From assembly GCA_965215015.1 (NCBI GenBank), contig OZ244042.1, positions 3,968,001-4,032,000 on the forward strand: DNA of 64,000 bases. Reading direction: 5' to 3'. The DNA is from Candidatus Poribacteria bacterium. Lineage in GTDB: Bacteria; Poribacteria; WGA-4E; PCPOR2b. The notes beneath the pieces were generated by a model. That model was not told where the DNA came from. It searched no databases and worked only from the letters and a program-made list of their open reading frames with translations. Positions 8,927-19,094 of this stretch are shown piece by piece. Position numbers and translations under genes: made by a program. Position 1 is the stretch's first letter. The number at the start of each line of letters is the position of its first letter.

Positions 8927-11647
8927 ATGGCAAATCAATACGATTTTCAAGAGGTTGGAAGACTACCGGCATTGGACGATAACGTGGCGATTGCCACACG
9001 AAGGGTAGACGCGGGCGCAGAGATTAACCACAATGGTCATGGTTTCACCATATCTCATACAATTTTAGAGGGGCACCGATTCGTAATTCAGGCAATCCCT
9101 GAAGGGGCACCGCTGCTATCGTGGGGACTGCCTTTCGGCGTTGCAATCGCTGACTTGCACCCCGGCGACTATGCCTGCAACCAGAAAATCCTTGATGCCC
9201 TTGCGATACGGGATATCGACTTCGTACTGCCATCCCATCCAAACTTCAAAGATCAGATTGCTCCCTACATCCTTGATGAGGACATATTCCAGCCGGGGGC
9301 TCAAGTGCCTCGATATGACCACGATAGGTCTTTCCTCGGCTATCAGCGGGCCGGAGGGCGTGGCGTCGGAACACGAAATTATATCGTTATCATGGGGACA
9401 ACCTCCCAGAATTCTAGCTATGCGAAAACGCTTGCTGCCCGATTCAAGGAGGTTGGGACAAATTACAAAAACGTTGACGGGGTCGTCGCCGTAACGCACA
9501 CTGAAGGCGGGGAAAGCACAACACCCAACAACCTTGAGATGTTGCTTCGGACGCTCGCCGGTTTTACTATCCACCCCAACATCGGGGCAGTTCTAGCTGT
9601 TGATTACGGTTCGGAGGTAGTGACGAATCAGATGCTTCAGCGTTATATGGCAGAAAATAACTATCCATTGGAGGCGGTGCCACACCGCTTTCTGAGTATA
9701 CAGGGCGGGTTTGATGCCAGTTTAGATGCAGGAGAGACGATCATCAAAGAATGGTTAGATTCAGTAAACGCAATGGAGCGTACCGAGGAATCTCTCTCTA
9801 ACCTGAAGATCGCACTTCAGTGTGGCGGTTCGGACGCATTCTCTGGTGTATCGGGCAACCCACTGGCAGCCTACGTTGCGAAAGAGGTTATCCGTTACGG
9901 TGGTGTCGCTAACCTTGCAGAAACCGATGAGTTAATCGGCGCCGAGCCGTATGTGCTTCAGAATGCCAGAGATTTTAAGACCGCTCGCCAATTTTTAGAC
10001 ACAATTGAGCGATTTAAGGAACGGGCACACTGGCACGGTCATACCGCCGAAGCCAATCCCTCTGGCGGAAATAATTTTCGGGGGTTATATAATATTGTTA
10101 TCAAATCAATTGGTGCCGCGATGAAACGCGATCCGGAGGTCTGCCTTGATTACGTCATTGATTACGGAGAACAGATGCTCGCACCGGGCTACTATTTTAT
10201 GGACAGCCCTGGGAATGACCTTGAAAGCATCGCAGGACAGATAGCTTCAGGTTCAAACATGATTTTCTTTGTCACAGGTAACGGATCCATTACGAATTTC
10301 CCCTTTGTGCCGACAATCAAGATTGTTACCACCACCGGGCGATACGAAATGTTGGAGAACGATATGGATGTCAACGCCGGTGCTTACCAAGATGGCACAC
10401 CGATGGAGGAATTGGGACAGCAGATGCTCGATCTCACCGTCAACGTTGCTGCTGGAGAGCGATCTATCGGGGAAAAAGCAGGCCATTCGCAGGTGTCAAT
10501 CTGGCGGAATTGGAAGCAGACGGGACCTGTCAATCCAGAGACAGTACTCTCCATCGAAGCTCCAACTGGTAAACCAATTCCAATTCAACTCGATGTCCCA
10601 CCATCTGAACACACTTTTAGTGCCATACAGACCGACCGCGGCTACCGCAGCGATCAGATCGGGTTGGTCTTACCGACGAGCCTCTGCTCCGGTCAGATTG
10701 CTCAGATGATTGCTGACCGGCTTAATCAAAAAGGACTTGGACGCGAACACGGCATTTCGCGCTATGTTGCGTTGGCACATACGGAGGGCTGTGGTGTATC
10801 GGGGGGTAACTCGGAAGACATCTACAGACGTACACTCATCGGACATCTGATACATCCAATGGTCGCGCTCGGTTTGCCTCTAGAACATGGCTGTGAAAAG
10901 ACCCATAACGACTACATACGCCACGCACTCACAGAACAAGGTATCCCACTTGAGCAGTACGGTTGGGCGAGTGTGCAGCTGGATGGCGGCATCGATGTCG
11001 TGCTCCAAAAGGTGGAAGATTGGTTCAGTCGGTCTGTATCGTTAATGCCTCAACCTGATTATGCTGATGTCGGGTTGGAACACCTTCGGATTGGACTGAT
11101 GTCGAACGGAAAAGTGACGGAAACGGCAGCGCAAAGTCTAGCACATCTGACCCAAACCATTGCTGGTGCGGGCGGAACAATTGTCATTCCCGCGAATGCG
11201 ACCTTCCTAACCTCGCCCGCCTATGTAGCACATGCTCTTGGAACCTCTTCTCAAGCTTCATTGCAGAATACTCTTTCCTACGGTCAAAGTCTTACCGAGC
11301 CTGGATTTCACATCATGGAAGCTCCCACCGATCACGTTGTGGAAACGTTAACCGGATTGGGGGCGACGGGTGTTGATCTGATGTTCGCCCATGTTGTGGG
11401 GCATCCCCTTCAGGCACACCGTATGATTCCACTAATCCAAGCTACGACGGAGGGGGCTACAGGGTCAATCTACGAAGCAGATCTCGATCTCCTACCGGCC
11501 GATGTGGATTGGACGCCGGAGGGCTTTTCAGCACAAATGCTGGAAATCATCTTAGAGGTTGCTTCGCGCCGATACACACCCAAACTGTATGAAAAAGGAA
11601 ACACAGATTTCCAATTTACGCGCGGATTGCTCGGCATTTCAATGTAA
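8927..11647 (+). CDS. UxaA/GarD-family sugar-acid dehydratase, internally duplicated (SAF + full copy + second partial copy)
   Basis: DNVAIA SAF domain, GVGTRN, QCGGSDAFSG, NPSGGN, DSPGND; second copy with PTSLC, HTEGCG, EHGCE. Confidence 0.9.
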   Translation: MANQYDFQEVGRLPALDDNVAIATRRVDAGAEINHNGHGFTISHTILEGHRFVIQAIPEGAPLLSWGLPFGVAIADLHPGDYACNQKILDALAIRDIDFVLPSHPNFKDQIAPYILDEDIFQPGAQVPRYDHDRSFLGYQRAGGRGVGTRNYIVIMGTTSQNSSYAKTLAARFKEVGTNYKNVDGVVAVTHTEGGESTTPNNLEMLLRTLAGFTIHPNIGAVLAVDYGSEVVTNQMLQRYMAENNYPLEAVPHRFLSIQGGFDASLDAGETIIKEWLDSVNAMERTEESLSNLKIALQCGGSDAFSGVSGNPLAAYVAKEVIRYGGVANLAETDELIGAEPYVLQNARDFKTARQFLDTIERFKERAHWHGHTAEANPSGGNNFRGLYNIVIKSIGAAMKRDPEVCLDYVIDYGEQMLAPGYYFMDSPGNDLESIAGQIASGSNMIFFVTGNGSITNFPFVPTIKIVTTTGRYEMLENDMDVNAGAYQDGTPMEELGQQMLDLTVNVAAGERSIGEKAGHSQVSIWRNWKQTGPVNPETVLSIEAPTGKPIPIQLDVPPSEHTFSAIQTDRGYRSDQIGLVLPTSLCSGQIAQMIADRLNQKGLGREHGISRYVALAHTEGCGVSGGNSEDIYRRTLIGHLIHPMVALGLPLEHGCEKTHNDYIRHALTEQGIPLEQYGWASVQLDGGIDVVLQKVEDWFSRSVSLMPQPDYADVGLEHLRIGLMSNGKVTETAAQSLAHLTQTIAGAGGTIVIPANATFLTSPAYVAHALGTSSQASLQNTLSYGQSLTEPGFHIMEAPTDHVVETLTGLGATGVDLMFAHVVGHPLQAHRMIPLIQATTEGATGSIYEADLDLLPADVDWTPEGFSAQMLEIILEVASRRYTPKLYEKGNTDFQFTRGLLGISM

Positions 11648-11690
11648 AATAAAATCCATTTTCAATGGATCATTAACCGTTATGCCAATG

Positions 11691-12010
11691 ACGGTATGCG
11701 GAGCGTACCTGCTACTTTGGGCTGAACTCTAGCCGCCCGACGAATCGGGCGTTGAGAGGCAGCTTCACCGAATCTGTAATCGTGGGGTAGAACCTACCCT
11801 CGCTGAAATCGGGGTTTCCTAAACTACGAAATGCACGAATATAGGCCTTCTATCGGTTGATTTTGGTAAATCGAGACTATGGACATTTGGGTGTCGAGAT
11901 ATGAATCCCGACCTACAAGGCTTCGAGGGGTCAGCTGCGTAAGTCCTAACTCTTGACTCAGGTGCATTGGTTCATTAATGAACTATCGGTGTCGTTCAAC
12001 TCAACTTACA
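11691..12010. repeat. Cluster of nested REPs and MITE ends
   Basis: REP 11691-11715, palindrome 11734-11751, REP with insert ~11776-11828, REP 11893-11916 (also at 33323-33346), and end ttcgaggggtcagctgcgtaagtccta matching 46827-46853 in reverse. Confidence 0.6.
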
Positions 12011-12023
12011 CGTGATTTTGAAC

Positions 12024-12052
12024 TTGACCGACATATATGGTCATGCTATCAT
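12024..12052 (+). promoter_or_regulatory. sigma70 promoter overlapped by an inverted repeat (candidate operator)
   Basis: TTGACC-N17-TATCAT with extended -10 TG; TGACC-N9-GGTCA at 12025-12043. Confidence 0.6.
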
Positions 12053-12115
12053 TAGATTAGGAAGTGTCTTTCCGCGTTTGGAACATGTCCTAATAAATTA
12101 ATTGGGGAGAAAACC

Positions 12116-13240
12116 GTGAAAATCGTAGATCTCAAAGTATTTCCTGTGGGTCAGTTCATATACGTTAAGATCGTAACTGACGAAGGAATATATGGCATTG
12201 GAGAAGCCTCATTAAGCGGCAGATCGTTAGCTGTTGTTGGGGCATTGAAACACCATATTAAACCGCTTCTGATTGGGCAGGATGCCACCCGTATCGAGCA
12301 TATATGGCAGGACATCTTCCGCGGAACGTTCTGGCGCGGTGGGCCCGTGCTACAATCTGCGCTTGCTGGGGTTGACATTGCGCTGTGGGATTTAGCGGGC
12401 AAGGCACTTGGTGTGCCGACGTACCGGCTACTTGGCGGGGCAACGCGGGATAAGGTGCTCGTCTATCGGCATACTGGTGGAGGTACACCGGAACAACTCA
12501 TTGAGCATGCACAGCAACAGTTGGCAGAGGGGTGGAAAGTCCTACGAATTTCACCGATTGATACCATTGAGGGCGGCTTTAATCAAAAGCGCGCAGTCAT
12601 GCGTGGCGTTGAGCATTTTAGCGCGTTGCGGGAGGGAATCGGTGACGAGGCTGAAGTTATCTTTGAGGTACATACTCGCCTGACGCCAACCCGCGCTATT
12701 GAGTTGTGCAATGCGATTGAGGAATATCAGCCATTCTTTGTCGAAGATCCCATCCGTTCCGAGAACCCGGCATCGTTTGCGACGCTACGTGAGCATACAA
12801 ATGTCCCGATTGGCACCGGCGAACAACTCCCGACAAAATGGATGTTTCGAGAACTGATTGAGCAGGAATTAATCGACTACATTCGAGTCGATATCTGTCA
12901 CAGCGGCGGAATCACCGAAGGGAAGAAAATTGCGACGATGGCGGAAGTTCATTATCAAGAACTCGCCTGTCACTACACCTCAAGTCCCGTCAGCTCGGCA
13001 GCGATGTTGCATCTGAATATGTCGATTCCCAACTGCGCGGTGCAGGAGTACGCCCCATCGTCAGATTGGATGAACGCGGTCATCCAACACGATCTGCAGA
13101 CAGAGGATGGATATCTCCTCGCCCCTGAGGCTCCGGGCTTGGGAATTGACCTGAACGAAGAAGCCGCAGCTGCCTACCCACCCACACCGGGTGAACCCCC
13201 ACATTTGCGACGGGAGGATGGCTCCGTTCAGGATTGGTAA
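12116..13240 (+). CDS. Mandelate racemase/galactonate dehydratase-like enolase-superfamily enzyme
   Basis: FWRGGPV, GVDIALWDLAGK, LLGG, EVH, FVEDP, TGE, C-terminal EDGSVQDW. Confidence 0.9.
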   Translation: MKIVDLKVFPVGQFIYVKIVTDEGIYGIGEASLSGRSLAVVGALKHHIKPLLIGQDATRIEHIWQDIFRGTFWRGGPVLQSALAGVDIALWDLAGKALGVPTYRLLGGATRDKVLVYRHTGGGTPEQLIEHAQQQLAEGWKVLRISPIDTIEGGFNQKRAVMRGVEHFSALREGIGDEAEVIFEVHTRLTPTRAIELCNAIEEYQPFFVEDPIRSENPASFATLREHTNVPIGTGEQLPTKWMFRELIEQELIDYIRVDICHSGGITEGKKIATMAEVHYQELACHYTSSPVSSAAMLHLNMSIPNCAVQEYAPSSDWMNAVIQHDLQTEDGYLLAPEAPGLGIDLNEEAAAAYPPTPGEPPHLRREDGSVQDW

Positions 13241-13412
13241 TCAAGGGGCGTCTCGGTAAATCGGGAGTTGGCTCCGCTCACCCCAAGCCGCAGAGACCGC
13301 TCGGCTTGGATTGCTAAATCCAAGTTCCAACTGATAGATGTGCTGTGGATTTGCCAATCCATAGCGATCGAGACTATCAAGCCTTTTTATGTTGTACTAC
13401 AGGAGACACGGT

Positions 13413-15392
13413 ATGCCGTTTCCCCACCTTTTTTCTCCAATACAGGTTGATTCATTACAACTAAAAAATCGCGTTGTCTTGGCACCTCTGGATGTGGGAC
13501 TGCACGATCCGGAGGGGCATGTCACCGACCGTTATATAGATTTTCTGGTTGAACGGGCAAAGGGCGAAACTAGCCTGATTATCACTGAATTTACTTCCGT
13601 GTGGCCCGAACAACGTGTAATCACCACAGCGGTTTGGGACGATAAATTCGTCCCAGGGCTGATGCACATGGCAGAAGCGGTCAAAGCTGCCGGATCCAAG
13701 ATATTCATGCAGATCGCCGTACTGGGCGGCAAATCGTATGTTGACCCCTTTGCGCCCTCCGCAATTGAAAGCGAGCTCTATACCGAGGTTCCGCGTGAAA
13801 TGACGGTTGATGATATTAAAAGGGTAATAGAGGCGTTCATCTTGGGAGCAGCGCGGGCGAAACGCGCCGGTTTCGACGGGGTCGAGTATCACTGTGCACA
13901 TTCTTATCTCGGTGGACAGTTTATGTCACCCCACACGAATCGACGAGATGATGATTATGGCGGTGATTTTGAACGACGTATGCGGTTTGGCACTGAAATC
14001 GTCACGGGGATCAAGCAGGTCTGTGGTAAAGATTTTCCAGTCGGTTTTAAGTTCAGTGCACATGAACATCTCCATGGCGGCGTGAATGACCGATACGATG
14101 AAAAAATAAAAGATGACCTTCATTTACGAATTGCGGAATATATGGAAAATCTTGGCGTTGCTTACCTGCATGTGGCAACCACTTCTGCAACGATTATGCA
14201 GGTCAAAGGATTCGTGGAATGTACCCATCCATCTGTGCCGCCGCTTTATATCAAGCCTAACACGCTGGTTGATTTGGCAGAGGAGATTAAGCGGAACCGT
14301 GCGAAAATCCCTGTCATCGCTACAGGCGGAATTACTGACCCCGTACATGCAGAGGAAATTATTTCGCAGGCACGCGCTGATATGGTTGCGCTTGGCCGCA
14401 CACTGATTGCTGATCCGCACTGGGCGAAGAAAGCACATGCAGGAGAGAATATTGTTCCGTGTATTCGATGTAATTTTTGTCACACCTTCGTGGTCATGGA
14501 TCGCGGCGGCGTGCAGTGCACAACGAACCCCATCGTCGGCAGAGAAAAACTAATTGGATTCAACAAAACGGATTCACCCAAAAAAGTGGTCGTTGTCGGA
14601 GCGGGTCCGGGCGGTCTGGAGGCGGGTTTGCGTGCTAAGGGGATGGGGCACGATGTTGTCGTCTACGAAAAACGGGATGTGATTGGTGGAGAGATGATTT
14701 CGGCATCAATCCCCGATTTCAAGTGGGATATTAAACGCCTGCTCCACTATTATATTACGGAAGTTCAGAAGGTGGGCTTGGAGGTTCGTACAGGAACAAC
14801 GGTTACACTGGATACACTAAAAGCCGACGACCCGGATATAGTTATCCTTGCAATGGGGGGTGAAGCAATTATTCCGAATATCCCCGGGATTAATGGAGAC
14901 AACGTTATCACCGCAATTGACGCGATAGTACGTTGGGATGAACTGAACATCGGTGAACGGGTCATGGTGCTCGGTGCAGGTCTTGTCGGATATGAGGTTG
15001 CATGGTTTGCCGCGCAGCAAGGACGCGATGTTGTTCTAGTCTCACGCCGAAGCGAAGAAGATGTGATTAAATTAAAGGAGCATGGTACAAATTTGGCGGT
15101 GCTTAGAAAAGGCGTGCGGGACTCAGGGGCAAAGATATTGGCAAGTCGTGAACTGAAACGGATTGACAAGACGGAGGTTGTGCTCACCAGGGACGATGGG
15201 ACGGAGGAATGCCAGCCCATTGACAGCCTGATAATCAGTCGCGGCTATACGCCACGAAGAGGACTCAAACGAGATATTGAAGCCGCTGGCCTGCGCTGTA
15301 AGGTTTACGAAGTAGGTGACTGTGTTGAAATCCGAAATTTCTTTGATGCAATTAATGAAGGAGCGCATGTGGTGCGGGAGAAACTTGGATGA
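13413..15392 (+). CDS. NADH:flavin oxidoreductase (OYE barrel + 4Fe-4S + FAD/NAD domain; FadH/BaiH-like)
   Basis: LKNRVV, AGFDGVEYHCAHSYL, NRRDDDYGG, CIRCNFC...C, two GxG motifs. Start moved to ATG 13413 (AGGAG upstream). Confidence 0.9.
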   Translation: MPFPHLFSPIQVDSLQLKNRVVLAPLDVGLHDPEGHVTDRYIDFLVERAKGETSLIITEFTSVWPEQRVITTAVWDDKFVPGLMHMAEAVKAAGSKIFMQIAVLGGKSYVDPFAPSAIESELYTEVPREMTVDDIKRVIEAFILGAARAKRAGFDGVEYHCAHSYLGGQFMSPHTNRRDDDYGGDFERRMRFGTEIVTGIKQVCGKDFPVGFKFSAHEHLHGGVNDRYDEKIKDDLHLRIAEYMENLGVAYLHVATTSATIMQVKGFVECTHPSVPPLYIKPNTLVDLAEEIKRNRAKIPVIATGGITDPVHAEEIISQARADMVALGRTLIADPHWAKKAHAGENIVPCIRCNFCHTFVVMDRGGVQCTTNPIVGREKLIGFNKTDSPKKVVVVGAGPGGLEAGLRAKGMGHDVVVYEKRDVIGGEMISASIPDFKWDIKRLLHYYITEVQKVGLEVRTGTTVTLDTLKADDPDIVILAMGGEAIIPNIPGINGDNVITAIDAIVRWDELNIGERVMVLGAGLVGYEVAWFAAQQGRDVVLVSRRSEEDVIKLKEHGTNLAVLRKGVRDSGAKILASRELKRIDKTEVVLTRDDGTEECQPIDSLIISRGYTPRRGLKRDIEAAGLRCKVYEVGDCVEIRNFFDAINEGAHVVREKLG

Positions 15393-15406
15393 TCGAGTCC
15401 GTGTAT

Positions 15407-15486
15407 GTAGGGACAACTCTTGTGGTTGCCCTTATGCCTATATAATATTATAGAATTGTAGGGGCAGGCACAAGACCTGCCCCTAC
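15407..15486. repeat. Two GTAG-type REP palindromes
   Basis: gtagggacaactcttgtggttgccc and gtaggggcaggcacaagacctgcccctac; related copies at 28291-28315 and 29409-29432. Confidence 0.75.
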
Positions 15487-15502
15487 TAATAACGGAGGAA
15501 CA

Positions 15503-16951
15503 ATGATGTATTTGAGATCGGGTCAACCCAAAATCAGGAGGGAGATTTTCGTTTGGTTTATAGTCGTTGTTTTGGGAGGTGGGGGCATCATATTGGAAAG
15601 CACCGCAGAACACGATTGGACCGAACAAATTGCCGCTTTCAAACCGATGGTTGTGAATGTCGAGACCTCTTCGGAGGTTGTGTTTGAAACAGAGGCGAAG
15701 GGGACCAGTTTCGCCACCGGCTTCATCATTGATGCTGAGCACGGAATTATCGCGACCAATCGGCATGTTACTGGCAGCAGCCCGTCTTATGTTAAGATTA
15801 ACTTCTACGACGGTAGCTTTACGGAAGCACAGGTGCTTTACTATGATCCGACGCACGATTTCGGTTTTTACAAGATCGACCCGAAGGAAGTGCTGTTTGA
15901 TCTCCAAGCCGTGCAACTCGGTTCTTGGCGGAATCTTGCGCTGGGGGCTGAACTACTCCTAATCGGTAATAATGAGAAGGAGGAGTATTCCATCAAGTTT
16001 GGCACGGTTGCCAATCTCAACGTGAACAAAGGGGATCGGCATTCCAGCTACATCCATACAACATTTGATCGCACGGGTGGATCAAGCGGGAGTCCGGTCT
16101 GGAACACAAAAGGTGAAGTCATCGCCCTCCATGCGCGCGGAACCGATACCTCCAGTTTTGAACTGCCTATCAATTATGTGATCGATGCCCTCAAACAGAT
16201 CCAAAGTGGGGGGACAATTCAACGCGGGGAGATTGGCGTGGATTTGGAGCTAATCTCGATTGGAGAGGCGATTAAGCATTTTGGGCTACCCGAAGCCTCC
16301 CGCGCGGAGATTGGCCCCTCAGATTCAGGAACGCCGAAGGTGATTCAAATTGAGTCGATTATTCCCAAAACGACAAGCGAGGCAAGCCTTCTCGCTTCCG
16401 ATATTATCTACAGGATTAATGGGCAGTTAATTCGTGATGATCTGTATACTTTTGACGCAATCCTCAACGAAAATGCCGGAAAAAATGTGAGCTTGGATAT
16501 CTATCGCAACGGAATGGCTGTAACGGTTGAAGTCTTCGTAGAAGATATCGAGTTAAAAAAAGTTCGTCGGTTTGTCCGTTTCGCCGGATCAGTCTTTCAT
16601 GATATAACCCCTCAACTCAGGCATCTACTCTACTTTGAGGCGGATGGGGTCTACCTCCCACATGCAGATGCGGGGAGTAGCTTTTCCCGCGTTGGCATCC
16701 GCGAGCGCAGCGGTAATTCAAAAGTAGTCATTCTGGAAATCAATGGCCGGGCGATTAGGAATCTCAACGATTTTATCGTTGCCTGTGCGGAAATTTCTGA
16801 TGGACAGCATACCTATGTGGTCATCCGTGACTTCAACCGTTTTGACAGTTCGCCAACCCCCAGAAGTCTGACAATTAACTTGAAATTTGGGCCGCTTGAT
16901 GTATTTGAATGGAATGAGGAGCGTCTCGATTGGGAAACAGTCGAAGAATGA
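15503..16951 (+). CDS. Trypsin-like serine protease with PDZ domains, Nma111/DEG7-like
   Basis: Triad motifs TNRHV, YDPTHDFGF, GGSSGSPV; N-terminal hydrophobic anchor; two PDZ-like segments (DIIYRING, VILEING). Confidence 0.88.
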   Translation: MMYLRSGQPKIRREIFVWFIVVVLGGGGIILESTAEHDWTEQIAAFKPMVVNVETSSEVVFETEAKGTSFATGFIIDAEHGIIATNRHVTGSSPSYVKINFYDGSFTEAQVLYYDPTHDFGFYKIDPKEVLFDLQAVQLGSWRNLALGAELLLIGNNEKEEYSIKFGTVANLNVNKGDRHSSYIHTTFDRTGGSSGSPVWNTKGEVIALHARGTDTSSFELPINYVIDALKQIQSGGTIQRGEIGVDLELISIGEAIKHFGLPEASRAEIGPSDSGTPKVIQIESIIPKTTSEASLLASDIIYRINGQLIRDDLYTFDAILNENAGKNVSLDIYRNGMAVTVEVFVEDIELKKVRRFVRFAGSVFHDITPQLRHLLYFEADGVYLPHADAGSSFSRVGIRERSGNSKVVILEINGRAIRNLNDFIVACAEISDGQHTYVVIRDFNRFDSSPTPRSLTINLKFGPLDVFEWNEERLDWETVEE

Positions 16952-16991
16952 AATACTAAACGAAATGCACATTTCGATGGAAGGAAATGAA

Positions 16992-18362
16992 ATGCATCGT
17001 ATACCTGTTTTTGTAATCCAAGCAGCATTCTACTTGATGTTATGCTCGCTTGGTCCAGCGATTGGGGACGTTGAAATTGATATTTTCTTGCTGAACACCG
17101 GGTTCTTTTTCGATAATGAAGAACCCCATGGGGAGGTTGTCGGCAAATCGGTGCCTGTACCAACCGCAGAGCAATATGAGGCAAAAGCCAAAACCATCGC
17201 TGAACTCATTGATGCACACGAGACGAATCTCGTCGGTCTCATTGAGGTTGAAAATCGAGCAGTTCTTGAAAAAGTCAAGTCTTACCTCGCGAATCCCGCC
17301 GACTGGCAAATTGCCTTTGATGAAGGTAGGGGTACCTATACCGGTCAAGATGTCGCCATCCTCACCAAATTTCGGATTGTACCGGGAAGTGTGACAAACT
17401 TTCCGGATGAGCGTGAGGTTTTCTTTATCAATGACCAAGAGTATGATGTGAACCCTTCAAAGATTCTGGGCGTCGAATTGAAGGTTGACAATCAACCTTT
17501 CTATGTCCTAATCACTCACCTCATTTCTTGGCACAGCCCGAACGATGCCAAGCGGCTTGCACAAGCTACCGTCGTGCGTCGGCAAGCTGTCAAGGGGTTG
17601 ATGGCAGATAAGAATGTCATCGTCATGGGGAACATGAACGATACACCGGCAACACCGGTAGTTAACCGGCTCCGCGGGTTCGATGACATTTGGGGAGATT
17701 TCCTTCAGACTGCCAATGCAGTTGAAGCGGCGGAGCGGTATACATACATCTACGAAGATCAGAAAAATCTGCTCGACCACATCCTCATCAGTCCTAGTCT
17801 GCACAATGAGTTTCGCAATGTCGAGAAGGGCAAGCGGTGTGAAATTATCGATGTTAATGGGCTATCAAATCACCGCGCAATCCTTGCACGGTTGCGGATT
17901 GTCCATCCTGTTGTTGTTCTCGAAACAGACAAAGGCACCATCGAAATGGAACTCTACCCGGACGTCGCCCCGAAAACTGTTGCCAACTTTATTAAGCTGA
18001 TTAAAATGGGGTTTTACAATGGACTTACCTTTCATCGATATGTGGAAAACTTTGTGATTCAGGGTGGGGATCCGGAGGGTAGTGGTAGAGGGGGCCCCGG
18101 ATGGACGATCCCGGGTGAGTTTCAAAATCCGAAACTCCGCCCGAAGATGCCGCGGCACCGAAAAGGAGTAGTCGCTATGGCACGGGCTAACGATCCTGAC
18201 TCCGCAGGCAGCCAATTTTACATCTGTTTGGATTCAAAGCCCTCTCGCTATTTTAGCCTCAATGGTCAGTATACAACCTTTGGGAAAGTTATTGCCGGGA
18301 TGGATGTGGTCGATCAACTTCGCAAGGGAGATGTGATGAATAGCGTTCGAATAAAAAAATAG
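16992..18362 (+). CDS. Endonuclease/exonuclease/phosphatase (EEP) domain fused to cyclophilin PPIase
   Basis: Signal-like N-terminus; LIEVEN, MGNMND, LLDHILIS, SNH; then APKTVANF, FHRYVENFVIQGGDP, SAGSQFYI, YTTFGKV. Start reassigned to ATG 16992. Confidence 0.88.
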   Translation: MHRIPVFVIQAAFYLMLCSLGPAIGDVEIDIFLLNTGFFFDNEEPHGEVVGKSVPVPTAEQYEAKAKTIAELIDAHETNLVGLIEVENRAVLEKVKSYLANPADWQIAFDEGRGTYTGQDVAILTKFRIVPGSVTNFPDEREVFFINDQEYDVNPSKILGVELKVDNQPFYVLITHLISWHSPNDAKRLAQATVVRRQAVKGLMADKNVIVMGNMNDTPATPVVNRLRGFDDIWGDFLQTANAVEAAERYTYIYEDQKNLLDHILISPSLHNEFRNVEKGKRCEIIDVNGLSNHRAILARLRIVHPVVVLETDKGTIEMELYPDVAPKTVANFIKLIKMGFYNGLTFHRYVENFVIQGGDPEGSGRGGPGWTIPGEFQNPKLRPKMPRHRKGVVAMARANDPDSAGSQFYICLDSKPSRYFSLNGQYTTFGKVIAGMDVVDQLRKGDVMNSVRIKK

Positions 18363-18449
18363 ATTATCCCTGCCAACCGAGGGACAGCTATCTCATTACT
18401 GGGATAATACAAAAATCTTTTGCCAACAACATCAAGGAGGTAACAAGAC

Positions 18450-19094
18450 ATGCCAGAATCGTTGAAACAACGTCTACACCAAGGGGGGACCCTCAAAGTC
18501 GCAGGATCTTCCATAGATGCGTCGAGGGGCGAACTCGAAGCCACACTCAGTCAAGATTCCTACGATTTAGTTTCTATTGACAGCCAGCATGCAGCGTTCA
18601 ACGAAGATAGATTGGTTTTATTCTGCGCTATGGCAGCGGAGTTGGGCGTGCCTACCCAGTTTCGTATCAAAAACACGCGGCAGGCGTACCTAATCGGGAA
18701 CTATCTAGACCTAGGACCATTTTCCATTGTGGTGCCACAGGTTGAGGACGAGGAAACGGTCGATGAAGCAATAAACGCCTTCTACTATCCGCCGATCGGA
18801 AAAAGGAGTTGGGGCCCCAGCTCAGGGTACGGTTTCAAACCGGGTATGGAACGACTGGAATACGCCGAATGGTGGAACAACAACGGCATACTCTGTATAC
18901 AACTAGAGTCGGTCAACGCTGTCACCAATGCACGACACCTTGGCAAACCGGGGATTGATATGTTCGTCTTTGGTGCGAATGACCTGAACTTCAGCTTGGA
19001 ATTGTATCCAGACCATCCGTTCAAAACGGTTGAAGATTGTATCCAGCACGTTGCGGAGCAGATGAAGGGTACGCACGTTAAGGTGAATGCCTGA
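18450..19094 (+). CDS. HpcH/HpaI aldolase family protein
   Basis: IDSQHA, LDLG, VPQV, YPPIGKRSWG, IQLES, GANDL. Confidence 0.88.
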   Translation: MPESLKQRLHQGGTLKVAGSSIDASRGELEATLSQDSYDLVSIDSQHAAFNEDRLVLFCAMAAELGVPTQFRIKNTRQAYLIGNYLDLGPFSIVVPQVEDEETVDEAINAFYYPPIGKRSWGPSSGYGFKPGMERLEYAEWWNNNGILCIQLESVNAVTNARHLGKPGIDMFVFGANDLNFSLELYPDHPFKTVEDCIQHVAEQMKGTHVKVNA

